Virus record (IMG/VR): IMGVR_UViG_3300046820_001270
Location: 64,001-128,000 of that record
From: a virus
Taxonomy: Duplodnaviria > Caudoviricetes
Reading direction: 5' to 3' (one strand)
Length of the DNA stretch: 64,000 bases
The notes under the pieces are model-generated. The model saw nothing but the letters and a program-made list of their open reading frames with translations. It was not told the origin of the DNA and did not search any database. Positions 53,344 through 61,729 of the stretch are shown piece by piece. The stretch's first letter is position 1; each line of letters begins with the position of its first letter. The position numbers were made by a program, and so were the translations under genes.

Positions 53344-53466
53344 ATGAGTTCAAAATTTTTTACTAACCCACAACAATCTAAGATAGATAAAGGGGCAAAG
53401 AAACCAGCAACAACTAAACCAGTCAAAACCAATACCCAAATTAAGAAGACGGGAAGAGGTAAATAG
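53344..53466 (+). CDS. 40-aa basic peptide (not in ORF track)
   Basis: MSSKFFTNPQQ...IKKTGRGK. Confidence 0.65.
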   Translation: MSSKFFTNPQQSKIDKGAKKPATTKPVKTNTQIKKTGRGK

Positions 53467-53468
53467 GA

Positions 53469-53475
53469 TATTTAT
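53469..53475 (+). promoter_or_regulatory. putative late-promoter motif TATTTAT
   Basis: 5 nt before ATG 53481. Confidence 0.5.
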
Positions 53476-53480
53476 ATCTA

Positions 53481-54296
53481 ATGAGTGGATTAACAACAAT
53501 TAAATTAAGTAGTGAAGACCTTAAGAAAGAACAAGAACGCCAACGAAAAAGAGGTAGATTGATCTTTAATACCTTTAAAAAAGGTAAGGTTAAGGTTGTA
53601 ATTGGTCGATATGATGAAGACGGAACAGTTCCTGACATTATATTTCAATATCAAATACATGACGCACACTTTAGATCAATTGTAGATTACACTAACGGAG
53701 AAGTAATCTGTGTAATGGATTGTTATTATGATGATATAGATATTCTTAATGAAGACGGTAGTGAAATAACAGAAAAATTACCTCTTTGGTTAGTTTCGGA
53801 AATTGAGAACAAAATTGAAGATAAGTTTGGTGGTTTTAACATCGAACTCCGTTATATGCAACAATCAGACGGGAAAGGAAAGAAAAGTTTGGTTAATGAA
53901 GATGTAAGTGAACATCAGAAAATGATCAACAAGGTTAGGGTAATATATAAAGCACACAGAAACGGACATTATGATTTTAAGTACGGTCCTCAAAAAGACG
54001 AAATAAAACACGTAAGTTGGGTACTCCCACCTAAATTTAGTATTAAAATAAAAGAATATAGTCAAGAAGACAGTGAAAGATTTGGTTATGAAAATTACCC
54101 TATTTTGACGTTGAACACAGAAACTATTAATTTTATTACAGAAGACGGTAAACCTATTCAGAGTGGAGAGAAAATGGTCATTGGTTCAAAAATAACGAGT
54201 ATCTTTAAGAAACATAGAATAACCGTATATTGGACAGGAAATAAGAATACAACGGACGATTACACACAGATAGATATTACCCCAAAATCAAAATAA
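53481..54296 (+). CDS. repeat-domain family protein A (2 domain copies)
   Basis: RGRLIFNTFKKG and KVRVIYKAHRNG, linker LVNE. Confidence 0.8.
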   Translation: MSGLTTIKLSSEDLKKEQERQRKRGRLIFNTFKKGKVKVVIGRYDEDGTVPDIIFQYQIHDAHFRSIVDYTNGEVICVMDCYYDDIDILNEDGSEITEKLPLWLVSEIENKIEDKFGGFNIELRYMQQSDGKGKKSLVNEDVSEHQKMINKVRVIYKAHRNGHYDFKYGPQKDEIKHVSWVLPPKFSIKIKEYSQEDSERFGYENYPILTLNTETINFITEDGKPIQSGEKMVIGSKITSIFKKHRITVYWTGNKNTTDDYTQIDITPKSK

Positions 54297-54297
54297 A

Positions 54298-54329
54298 TTT
54301 GGATATTCCAAATGGGGGTTGTATATTTG
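54298..54329 (+). promoter_or_regulatory. Bacteroidota-type promoter
   Basis: TTTG 54298-54301, 20-nt spacer, TATATTTG 54322-54329. Confidence 0.75.
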
Positions 54330-54333
54330 TTTC

Positions 54334-54510
54334 ATGAAAGTAAAAATAACAGTAAAATACCATATTGAAATTGGTAATGAAGTCATTGAGTGTGAATCAC
54401 TTGAACAGGCTGAACGTAAATTAAAACACATCTCAGAGGTTGAGAGATATCTTATCAAAACCGAATTAAAGGGAGATCAAATCGTTGCTCAGTATTTAAT
54501 AGGTCAATAA
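54334..54510 (+). CDS. hypothetical protein
   Basis: Start ATG 54334 just after promoter. Confidence 0.65.
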   Translation: MKVKITVKYHIEIGNEVIECESLEQAERKLKHISEVERYLIKTELKGDQIVAQYLIGQ

Positions 54511-54512
54511 GG

Positions 54513-54519
54513 TATTTAT
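54513..54519 (+). promoter_or_regulatory. putative late-promoter motif TATTTAT
   Basis: Upstream of HNH gene. Confidence 0.4.
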
Positions 54520-54524
54520 TATGA

Positions 54525-54848
54525 ATGAACAGAAAAGAGTATAGGAGACTATTACAGGACCCCAAATGGAAGATCAAGGCTTCCTTCATCAGGAAGAGAG
54601 ATAACCACTCCTGCGTCAGATGTGGGAAGAAATCACATAGATTACAGGTTCATCACACCAAATATGAAGATGGTTTAATGCCGTGGGAGTATGATAATGA
54701 TACGTTAGAGTCGTTATGTTCGGGTTGTCATAAGAAAGAACATAACATTAAACCTAAAAGGAGATTTACCCCGAGAAAGAAGAAAGAACCCAAATTACAA
54801 ACAAGGGTGATTAAGATTAAACCAATTGACGATAACTCTTGGAGTTAG
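54525..54848 (+). CDS. HNH endonuclease
   Basis: RDNHSCVRCG...LQVHH...LESLCSGCHKKEH. Confidence 0.88.
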   Translation: MNRKEYRRLLQDPKWKIKASFIRKRDNHSCVRCGKKSHRLQVHHTKYEDGLMPWEYDNDTLESLCSGCHKKEHNIKPKRRFTPRKKKEPKLQTRVIKIKPIDDNSWS

Positions 54849-54849
54849 A

Positions 54850-54856
54850 TATTTAT
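54850..54856 (+). promoter_or_regulatory. putative late-promoter motif TATTTAT
   Basis: 5 nt before ATG 54862. Confidence 0.5.
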
Positions 54857-54861
54857 ATACA

Positions 54862-55587
54862 ATGAAGTTCATAGATTTAATAAAAGAAGACGAATATACA
54901 AGACAATACAAGAAAGCTCATACTATCTATAAAGCACTTAGAAAGGGTAAAGCAACTGTTTCGGTAAATGTAGCTTATACCGAAAGAAATGGAATTGAAT
55001 TACACACATTTGAATACATGTTACCAAAAGAGAATTATATAATAAATGTTACTAATTTGTATGGAAGTACCACGACACATATTCGTTGTGAAAAAATGGT
55101 AATAATCGGTAAAAAAATACCAATTATGGACACATTGATTATTGGTGCGGTTAGTAAAAGATTTTCAAAGGATTTTGGAATTGATTTAATTATTAATGAT
55201 GTTGAATATACTGAGGAAGGTGTTAGAAATGATGGTTTATTAAAAGAAGAACCAAACGAACGTGAATTGGAAATAGAAAAAGTTAAAACCAAAACAAAGA
55301 CTGTTTATAAGGCACTTAAAAAAGGAACTTTAAATGTTCGTTATGCACATGGACAACCGGATGTGAAATTTAAATATGAATTACCTGACGAATATAGAAT
55401 AAAAGTATTAGGGAGTACGACAGAAGGATTTAAATCATACATCAAATTAACATGTAATCATGTTAAAATTGAAACATTAGATGGTATTGAACGTGACGAC
55501 AACCAAAAATTTGGGATAGGTTTTCCGGCAATTAAACACAAATTCGGTTCTTTTGATATTGAAATGGATTGTCTTTTTGGTAGTTAA
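54862..55587 (+). CDS. repeat-domain family protein B (2 domain copies)
   Basis: Start ATG 54862 MKFIDLIKE; KAHTIYKALRKG, KTKTVYKALKKG, linker LLKE. Confidence 0.8.
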   Translation: MKFIDLIKEDEYTRQYKKAHTIYKALRKGKATVSVNVAYTERNGIELHTFEYMLPKENYIINVTNLYGSTTTHIRCEKMVIIGKKIPIMDTLIIGAVSKRFSKDFGIDLIINDVEYTEEGVRNDGLLKEEPNERELEIEKVKTKTKTVYKALKKGTLNVRYAHGQPDVKFKYELPDEYRIKVLGSTTEGFKSYIKLTCNHVKIETLDGIERDDNQKFGIGFPAIKHKFGSFDIEMDCLFGS

Positions 55588-55687
55588 CAATTCTTGTTTG
55601 GTTTTACCCAAATAAACTTTATGATGTCCAAAAAATTATTTAAATTAATAGTACTTATTTAAGATTAGACAAATACAATTATACATT

Positions 55688-55924
55688 ATGGATATTAATG
55701 AATTATATGAAAGATATATGACGGCGTATAAAATAGAAATCAGGGAATGTGAAACACCATATAGTGTTGATCTATTAAGAGATATAGATATGTTAGAAAA
55801 TTTAACTATCGATGAGTTTAAAGACAAATTAAAAAACCCAACGTTTAATAATAAATGGGGTGATGAGCCAAACAATTCAAGTAACTTTATGTACAACTGG
55901 ATTAGGGATAAGAGCGGTAAATAG
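55688..55924 (+). CDS. hypothetical protein
   Basis: 78-aa ORF. Confidence 0.6.
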   Translation: MDINELYERYMTAYKIEIRECETPYSVDLLRDIDMLENLTIDEFKDKLKNPTFNNKWGDEPNNSSNFMYNWIRDKSGK

Positions 55925-55927
55925 TTT

Positions 55928-57160
55928 TTATAATTTAACCCAAGTTCCGTTATGTTTTAAACGAAATTTTGTTGCTCTAAGAATAATGTTCAACCCAAAG
56001 TTGTTAAATTTTTTCTTAACAATATTAAGAATGTCCATTTTAATTGTTTGAATATTATTTAAATTTGGGTTTTCGTCACAGTTAATTTTAATTGATGGTA
56101 TTAAAACTTTGACATTGTAATTATTTTCAAATGGATCTGTCTCAACAATATATACATCACCTAAATCATAATCAAATGTGTATTTTTGTGGGTCAGTTGC
56201 ACCTCGATAAAATAATCTTATTGCATCAACCTCCATTGTTACCTTACCTTTCTTTAAAGCTTTAAAAACAGTTGGTGCTTTTTTAACAAGTGTTTCATGT
56301 TCGTTCTCATTCTCTTCTTTTACAATATGAGTTTCAGTATTTTTAAATGCATCTTTGTATTTGGTGAATATCATATCACAATTAGAATCAAAATTAATAA
56401 ATCTCATTTTAATTTTATGGCGAAACGATTCTAACAATTCAATTTGAACTGCACCATTTTTTGCTTTGAAATCGTATTCAATCTTTACATCTTCAATCGG
56501 AATAAAAAATGATACGGGTCGATTAAAAATGTTATTAAAATCTAATCTTATTCTAAATTTTTTTGGTAATTCGTAATCAGCAACAACCACAACCTGTTCT
56601 CCGTTATTAAATATTGGAGGTACTTTAACTTTAACTTTTCCTTTTCTAAAACTTTTGTAAACTAATTTGGACTTATTAATTATTCTTTGTTTTTCTTGTT
56701 CATCATCAACACTTTCATCAATCATATTTTCATATGCACTTGGAACGTTATGTTTTTTTCTAATACTAAATCTAATTTGTTCACCTTCGTCGAATGTACC
56801 CTTTAATGAATTATTAAATTTACGAGCAAGTTTTCTTAATATATCTTCTCTAATATCAATATCATCAGCAAGAGAAGGATATCTTTCACAGTTTATAGTT
56901 ATACCTGTTATTATCACTTCATAAGCTAACATTTGATTTCCTGACGTTAGATGATATGTGGTAGGTAGTTCATATGTGATAACAACATCTTTATCATCAA
57001 TTATTTCAAATCCAGTCCAAAATGGAACCATATCGGGGAGTAGATTACCAATCTTAAAACCACCTGTTCTTAGTGTCTTATACATAAGTTTAACCTTACG
57101 AGACACCTTACGGTAATCGTCACTTAACTCAGCTTCCCCCAAAATATCCACAAATTTCAT
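55928..57160 (-). CDS. repeat-domain family protein C (3 domain copies)
   Basis: MKFVDILGE; KVKLMYKTLRTG, KSKLVYKSFRKG, KAPTVFKALKKG; linkers MIDE, IVKE. Confidence 0.85.
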   Translation of the reverse strand: MKFVDILGEAELSDDYRKVSRKVKLMYKTLRTGGFKIGNLLPDMVPFWTGFEIIDDKDVVITYELPTTYHLTSGNQMLAYEVIITGITINCERYPSLADDIDIREDILRKLARKFNNSLKGTFDEGEQIRFSIRKKHNVPSAYENMIDESVDDEQEKQRIINKSKLVYKSFRKGKVKVKVPPIFNNGEQVVVVADYELPKKFRIRLDFNNIFNRPVSFFIPIEDVKIEYDFKAKNGAVQIELLESFRHKIKMRFINFDSNCDMIFTKYKDAFKNTETHIVKEENENEHETLVKKAPTVFKALKKGKVTMEVDAIRLFYRGATDPQKYTFDYDLGDVYIVETDPFENNYNVKVLIPSIKINCDENPNLNNIQTIKMDILNIVKKKFNNFGLNIILRATKFRLKHNGTWVKL

Positions 57161-57166
57161 ATCTTT

Positions 57167-57173
57167 ATAAATA
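57167..57173 (-). promoter_or_regulatory. putative late-promoter motif TATTTAT
   Basis: 6 nt before ATG 57160 on minus strand. Confidence 0.5.
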
Positions 57174-57185
57174 TACCTGAAATTG

Positions 57186-57217
57186 TTTGGATATTATACT
57201 AAAAACTCTTATATTTG
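57186..57217 (+). promoter_or_regulatory. Bacteroidota-type promoter
   Basis: TTTG 57186-57189, 20-nt spacer, TATATTTG 57210-57217. Confidence 0.75.
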
Positions 57218-57235
57218 GGTATAAAACTATATATT

Positions 57236-57544
57236 ATGGCAATTGCAAAGAAAGCGGCTAAGAAAGCTGTACCAAAAGTGGTGGAACAACCAAAACAAAT
57301 CGTTTTAACCCAAGATCAGTATGATCAATTGGTTGGTTTTAAATGGGAGGTTAATTCAATTTCACATGAAATTAAAAGTGTTGTGGTTGATGATGATAAG
57401 AATGTTAGAGAGATTTCTTTTGATCTTGGAACTTTACAAGTTAGACTTAATAAACTATATGATGATCTAACTAAAATATCTGATGATGTTGATCCAGACC
57501 CATACGTTTGGGAAGATGATGACAACGATGATGATAACAATTAA
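57236..57544 (+). CDS. hypothetical protein (basic N-terminus, acidic C-terminus)
   Basis: Start ATG 57236 MAIAKKAAKK. Confidence 0.75.
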   Translation: MAIAKKAAKKAVPKVVEQPKQIVLTQDQYDQLVGFKWEVNSISHEIKSVVVDDDKNVREISFDLGTLQVRLNKLYDDLTKISDDVDPDPYVWEDDDNDDDNN

Positions 57545-57547
57545 GTT

Positions 57548-57874
57548 ATGCGTGATTTCAAATTTCTTGCCAAAAACGATATATCAAGTTATAACGGACA
57601 AATGTCTCGTGAGGCTATTGACTATCTATATGATTATAACAATCGTGTAAGGAGTCATGAGAGGACCACAACGATTGCGACATATAAAATGGTGGATTAT
57701 ACCTATGGTGATGGTGATATTGTTGCAGGAACCGTCAATGCATATCCATTAAATGCTTCGAATATAAGAATCACTTTTAGAATAAGAAACGGAGAGATTA
57801 CATCACACACCATAGATATTGACTATTGGAATACGATGGGACAATTAGTAAATGCATTAAGGAGGGAAGATTAG
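57548..57874 (+). CDS. FKFL-tagged hypothetical protein
   Basis: MRDFKFLAK. Confidence 0.75.
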   Translation: MRDFKFLAKNDISSYNGQMSREAIDYLYDYNNRVRSHERTTTIATYKMVDYTYGDGDIVAGTVNAYPLNASNIRITFRIRNGEITSHTIDIDYWNTMGQLVNALRRED

Positions 57875-58347
57875 AGATTAGTTGGTCTTCCCGCACCTCT
57901 ATATGCCGAAATATACTTTGGTTCATTTAAACTACTAACCTTTACACCTTCGTATCTATTTGATGCGTGAACAAATAAAGACTCACCAATATAAGTTCCA
58001 CAGTGCCATCTACTTGGTGATTGTCTACTCCTAAAAAATAATAGATCACCAACCTGTAAACTATCCTTCTTAATTCGCGGAGTTGTTTCCCACTGCAACG
58101 AACAAGTATTCTCAATATTAATTTTAAAAACATCCTGAGCCAATCTTTTATTGAACTGAGAACAATCAATACCTTTCTCCGTTGATCCCCCTAACCTATA
58201 TGGTTTACGTAACCAATTGATTACAAATGTATTGAGAGTACTATCAACGGCAAAACGAGGGATTGAATCTAAATAAACCTTTTTAGTTTGTGATGTTCCT
58301 AATATTGAGATGAACATCAATAATGTAATAATTAAAAATTTCTTCAT
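57871..58347 (-). CDS. secreted NlpC/P60 (C40) cell-wall peptidase
   Basis: Signal peptide; PYRLGG...GIDCS; GDLLFF; HCG.YIG...FVHAS. Confidence 0.92.
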   Translation of the reverse strand: MKKFLIITLLMFISILGTSQTKKVYLDSIPRFAVDSTLNTFVINWLRKPYRLGGSTEKGIDCSQFNKRLAQDVFKINIENTCSLQWETTPRIKKDSLQVGDLLFFRSRQSPSRWHCGTYIGESLFVHASNRYEGVKVSSLNEPKYISAYRGAGRPTNL

Positions 58348-58393
58348 AACTTATATTATACATAAAATATTTGAGAATAGAAAGGTAGGGGTA

Positions 58394-58425
58394 TTTAATA
58401 TATTCACAAAAATATTGTATATTTG
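58394..58425 (+). promoter_or_regulatory. Bacteroidota-type promoter (near-copy of 59236-59266)
   Basis: TTTA 58394-58397, 20-nt spacer, TATATTTG 58418-58425. Confidence 0.65.
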
Positions 58426-58452
58426 TTGTTGGGAATATTAAAAAATTATAAT

Positions 58453-59214
58453 ATGATGTATTTTAAAAAAATTGAAATAAATAATTTAAAAATTGTAGCA
58501 CCATTAAAATGTGGAACAAGATGGTTACATGAAAAATCGGAAAAATCATCATACATAAACATTGAAGATTTAAAGGAGGAAACGGATAGTGAAACTATAT
58601 TTTTATATAGAGAACCTAAAGATCATTTAATATCGGCATTACAAACAGATTATATATTAAATGAATGTGATTTAAATAAAACTTTAAATGATTTATTAAA
58701 TAATAGATCGACACATTGGCGTGGAGATATGTACGAATATACTCACATGGATTGGTGTTATAATAAGTTTAAAATGGTTAACTATTTGAATATTTGCGAT
58801 TTAATAGGTGATTACGATTTTGATAAAAAAAAATATGATTTCTCTAAAGAACCATATCTTTTTACGAAAGAAATGGTGTTAGATTTGGTACCGATTGACG
58901 TTAAAGAAGAATTATTTAAAATGGCGGACAATAATGAATATTGGTTAAAACAAATTCAAGAAAAAAATGATAAAATTGCCTCAAAAATTGTATTGGATAA
59001 ACTAAACGATACTATATTGGAAAATCAAAAAATAGATAAACTAAATCATATTATGTTGGAGTATCAAAAAGTAGATAAAAAAAATATATTTGATCTTGAA
59101 TCCGTAGTTTTAAATAAAGAATCAATAATTTTAAATTACGAATCGGTAATAAAAAAAAATTACATAATCATGGAAGATTATCGTAAAAATTATGTAAAAA
59201 AATCTTTATTATAG
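58453..59214 (+). CDS. sulfotransferase-like N-terminus plus coiled-coil C-terminus
   Basis: PLKCGT loop, YREP...LISA, THW; start likely ATG 58453. Confidence 0.5.
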   Translation: MMYFKKIEINNLKIVAPLKCGTRWLHEKSEKSSYINIEDLKEETDSETIFLYREPKDHLISALQTDYILNECDLNKTLNDLLNNRSTHWRGDMYEYTHMDWCYNKFKMVNYLNICDLIGDYDFDKKKYDFSKEPYLFTKEMVLDLVPIDVKEELFKMADNNEYWLKQIQEKNDKIASKIVLDKLNDTILENQKIDKLNHIMLEYQKVDKKNIFDLESVVLNKESIILNYESVIKKNYIIMEDYRKNYVKKSLL

Positions 59215-59235
59215 ATTATTAAAAAATAGAGATAT

Positions 59236-59266
59236 TTTGTATATTCACAAAGATATTGTATATTTG
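59236..59266 (+). promoter_or_regulatory. Bacteroidota-type promoter
   Basis: TTTG 59236-59239, 19-nt spacer, TATATTTG 59259-59266. Confidence 0.8.
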
Positions 59267-59268
59267 TT

Positions 59269-59817
59269 ATGATGAATCAATTATTCACTTTTTTCCACGG
59301 GATAACTAAGAAAAGTAGGGTTAATACTATTATCACTAATAATAGATTAAGAAGATTACCCAATAGTCAAGTGCCGACTTGTGAAGGATATGATACACCA
59401 GAACTTCGTAGTATATTCTTACAGGGGTGGAGAGCATGTGAAAGAGGTGAGGAAATATATAATAATCCATACGGTCATTTAGAAAATCTACTATATTCAC
59501 TACATAATGCGTGGGAAAGAGGTTATTTTGAATGTTATAACACAAGAAGAACTAATCCATATGTGGCACAAACGAGAGAATTTATTACTGATATGTTTCG
59601 TGATGCACAAACACACGGATTTTGTGCAGGAGTACAAAACACCCGATTAGAATTACATTATGAAGGGGACATGGATGAATTATCCGTTAGGTCGATGTTG
59701 GATGAGTTAATATATAGATATAGAACTTGTGTTTCATTTAGCGATTTTACATTAAATAATATGGAAGATTATTTAAATGAACATTTAAGTGGAACATCAA
59801 CAATAAGATTAGCATGA
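59269..59817 (+). CDS. FTFFHG-tagged protein: Rmf/CrpP-like module + shared C-terminal module
   Basis: QGWRA...NNPY...AWERGY; C-terminal 66 aa has 43 identities to 61713-62054 (hand alignment). Confidence 0.75.
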   Translation: MMNQLFTFFHGITKKSRVNTIITNNRLRRLPNSQVPTCEGYDTPELRSIFLQGWRACERGEEIYNNPYGHLENLLYSLHNAWERGYFECYNTRRTNPYVAQTREFITDMFRDAQTHGFCAGVQNTRLELHYEGDMDELSVRSMLDELIYRYRTCVSFSDFTLNNMEDYLNEHLSGTSTIRLA

Positions 59818-60275
59818 CCGATGCTCAAATAGTAATATCAGTAATTTTTGCTGTGATATTTTTCGTAATTCTTATCTTTAATGTGGTTTCATACCCAAAC
59901 GTGAAATTATATAAAAAGAAATATAATGAGTTGGAACGCGGTGTGTATAAATATGAACCAGCAGAACATAGCGAATCAAATTATTTTTATCTATACAGTT
60001 ATGATATTACTACCTTAACATTTACTCGCACCGATGTTAACATCATATTCTTTCTTGATGGTGATATAAAACTAACAGATAATTTATACATACACAAAAG
60101 TCATTTGTTTATGTCGTTTGTTAAATGGTATTATTGGAGAAAGTTTCAAAAGTTAAAAGATGAGTTGGTTGAGACATATAATATTAGAAATCAAAGAGGT
60201 CGTTATGAACAATCCCATCAGGAACGATATATGAAACAACAGAACAAATTAGATTTTAAATTTTTTAGAGGATGA
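59814..60275 (+). CDS. membrane-anchored protein with C-terminal FKFFRG tag
   Basis: N-terminal TM; ends KLDFKFFRG. Confidence 0.75.
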   Translation: MTDAQIVISVIFAVIFFVILIFNVVSYPNVKLYKKKYNELERGVYKYEPAEHSESNYFYLYSYDITTLTFTRTDVNIIFFLDGDIKLTDNLYIHKSHLFMSFVKWYYWRKFQKLKDELVETYNIRNQRGRYEQSHQERYMKQQNKLDFKFFRG

Positions 60276-60715
60276 TAAAACATTTCAAATTTTTTGAGGG
60301 TCCCGCAAAAAAACAAAGAGTGTTCACAGACTTCATGGATGCGTTGGATGACTATTTTCTCGGTGATATTCCATTAGCTACACACGTGCAAAGAGGACAA
60401 CGAAGAGAAGTACCAGGCCCACGACTTAAACCATTTACATTAAATTTGTTTGCGGAAGTGTTAGGTAGAATACCAACATTTTCAATGGCATTTGAATCAT
60501 CTGATCTTAATACTTATGAAACACTTCGTGGAACAACAATAGGACAATTAACAAGTGGTGAATTAGGTATTCCTTGGTGTTTCACGGAATTACATATAAC
60601 AAGAATATCCGATAATTCACACGTATCAATACATTATGATAATGTAGATGAGATGGATAGAAGAGGATTAATATTTGACCCACAAGATGCAGTAACAATC
60701 TGTTATAAACCGTAA
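60272..60715 (+). CDS. FKFFEG-tagged hypothetical protein
   Basis: MIKHFKFFEG. Confidence 0.75.
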   Translation: MIKHFKFFEGPAKKQRVFTDFMDALDDYFLGDIPLATHVQRGQRREVPGPRLKPFTLNLFAEVLGRIPTFSMAFESSDLNTYETLRGTTIGQLTSGELGIPWCFTELHITRISDNSHVSIHYDNVDEMDRRGLIFDPQDAVTICYKP

Positions 60716-60719
60716 TGAT

Positions 60720-61010
60720 ATGGCAAAAGAATTAAAAGTTCCTGGTGAATATCAAAGTAGAACACCAAGAAGTAAACAAAACATATTCCCAAAACAAAAA
60801 CAAACTATGAATAGAGAATACACCGAACAGGATTACAAAAACTATATGAAAGTAGTTGAACACGTTATTTGGGAAACCGAAGAAAAATTAAAGTCATATG
60901 AAAAAAATAAAAAAATATTCAGTTTAACATTTGAGCAGTGGGTTCAATGGCAAAACAATGTAATAAGTTTAGATGACATTAAAATAGATAGTGATGATAA
61001 AACCATTTAA
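60720..61010 (+). CDS. hypothetical protein
   Basis: 96-aa ORF in operon. Confidence 0.7.
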   Translation: MAKELKVPGEYQSRTPRSKQNIFPKQKQTMNREYTEQDYKNYMKVVEHVIWETEEKLKSYEKNKKIFSLTFEQWVQWQNNVISLDDIKIDSDDKTI

Positions 61011-61464
61011 ATTTTTTGAAGGTAGAATAAAAAGGTTGTATCATTATAACACTCCGTACATACCACTGCTACGAACTCCGCCAGGTAGTTATTACGATAG
61101 AACAATTAATCCAGATTTGTATGGTGGAGTAAGATTGAGTGAGTTATCAGATAGAGTTCAACAAATAGTGAGAAGTCCAGAATATATACCAGCAGGTTAT
61201 GTTCAAGTGCCAATAACAGAACAACAAAGATATAATAATATGGTTATTCGTTATGTCAGAAGTTTTATGAGAGGAAATACAAATTGGAGAGGATATGAAG
61301 AAGCTTGGATAGATGAAAGAAATGAATATGTAAGATTAAAGATATTGGGTGGTATTAATATCGGTGGGATGATGCATATTACTTATGAAATAACAACACA
61401 CCACACAACGTCACAAAGATATCGTGTAAGTGTCCCATTAGTTAATTTACAAAGAAGAGGATAA
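60994..61464 (+). CDS. FKFFEG-tagged hypothetical protein
   Basis: MIKPFKFFEGRIKRLYHY. Confidence 0.75.
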   Translation: MIKPFKFFEGRIKRLYHYNTPYIPLLRTPPGSYYDRTINPDLYGGVRLSELSDRVQQIVRSPEYIPAGYVQVPITEQQRYNNMVIRYVRSFMRGNTNWRGYEEAWIDERNEYVRLKILGGINIGGMMHITYEITTHHTTSQRYRVSVPLVNLQRRG

Positions 61465-61465
61465 T

Positions 61466-61729
61466 ATGGCAAAAGCAAGAAAGATTTTATCAAACACAAT
61501 AAGTGAATTGTTAAAAGAAACATCGTTGGAAACAAGAATTAAAATGTCGTGTTGGTTTATAATTAACAATCTTATTCATGAATCAGGCGCAAGAGAAGAA
61601 GCTGCGTGGGATGAAACAAATCCAAAAGACATTGAGATGATGAAACTATTGGATGATAAAACAAAAGAACTAACGGAAACAATATTAAGAAACATTAAAG
61701 AGTGGGAAGAAGATGGTAAACCAATTTAA
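61466..61729 (+). CDS. hypothetical protein
   Basis: 87-aa ORF ending WEEDGKPI. Confidence 0.7.
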   Translation: MAKARKILSNTISELLKETSLETRIKMSCWFIINNLIHESGAREEAAWDETNPKDIEMMKLLDDKTKELTETILRNIKEWEEDGKPI

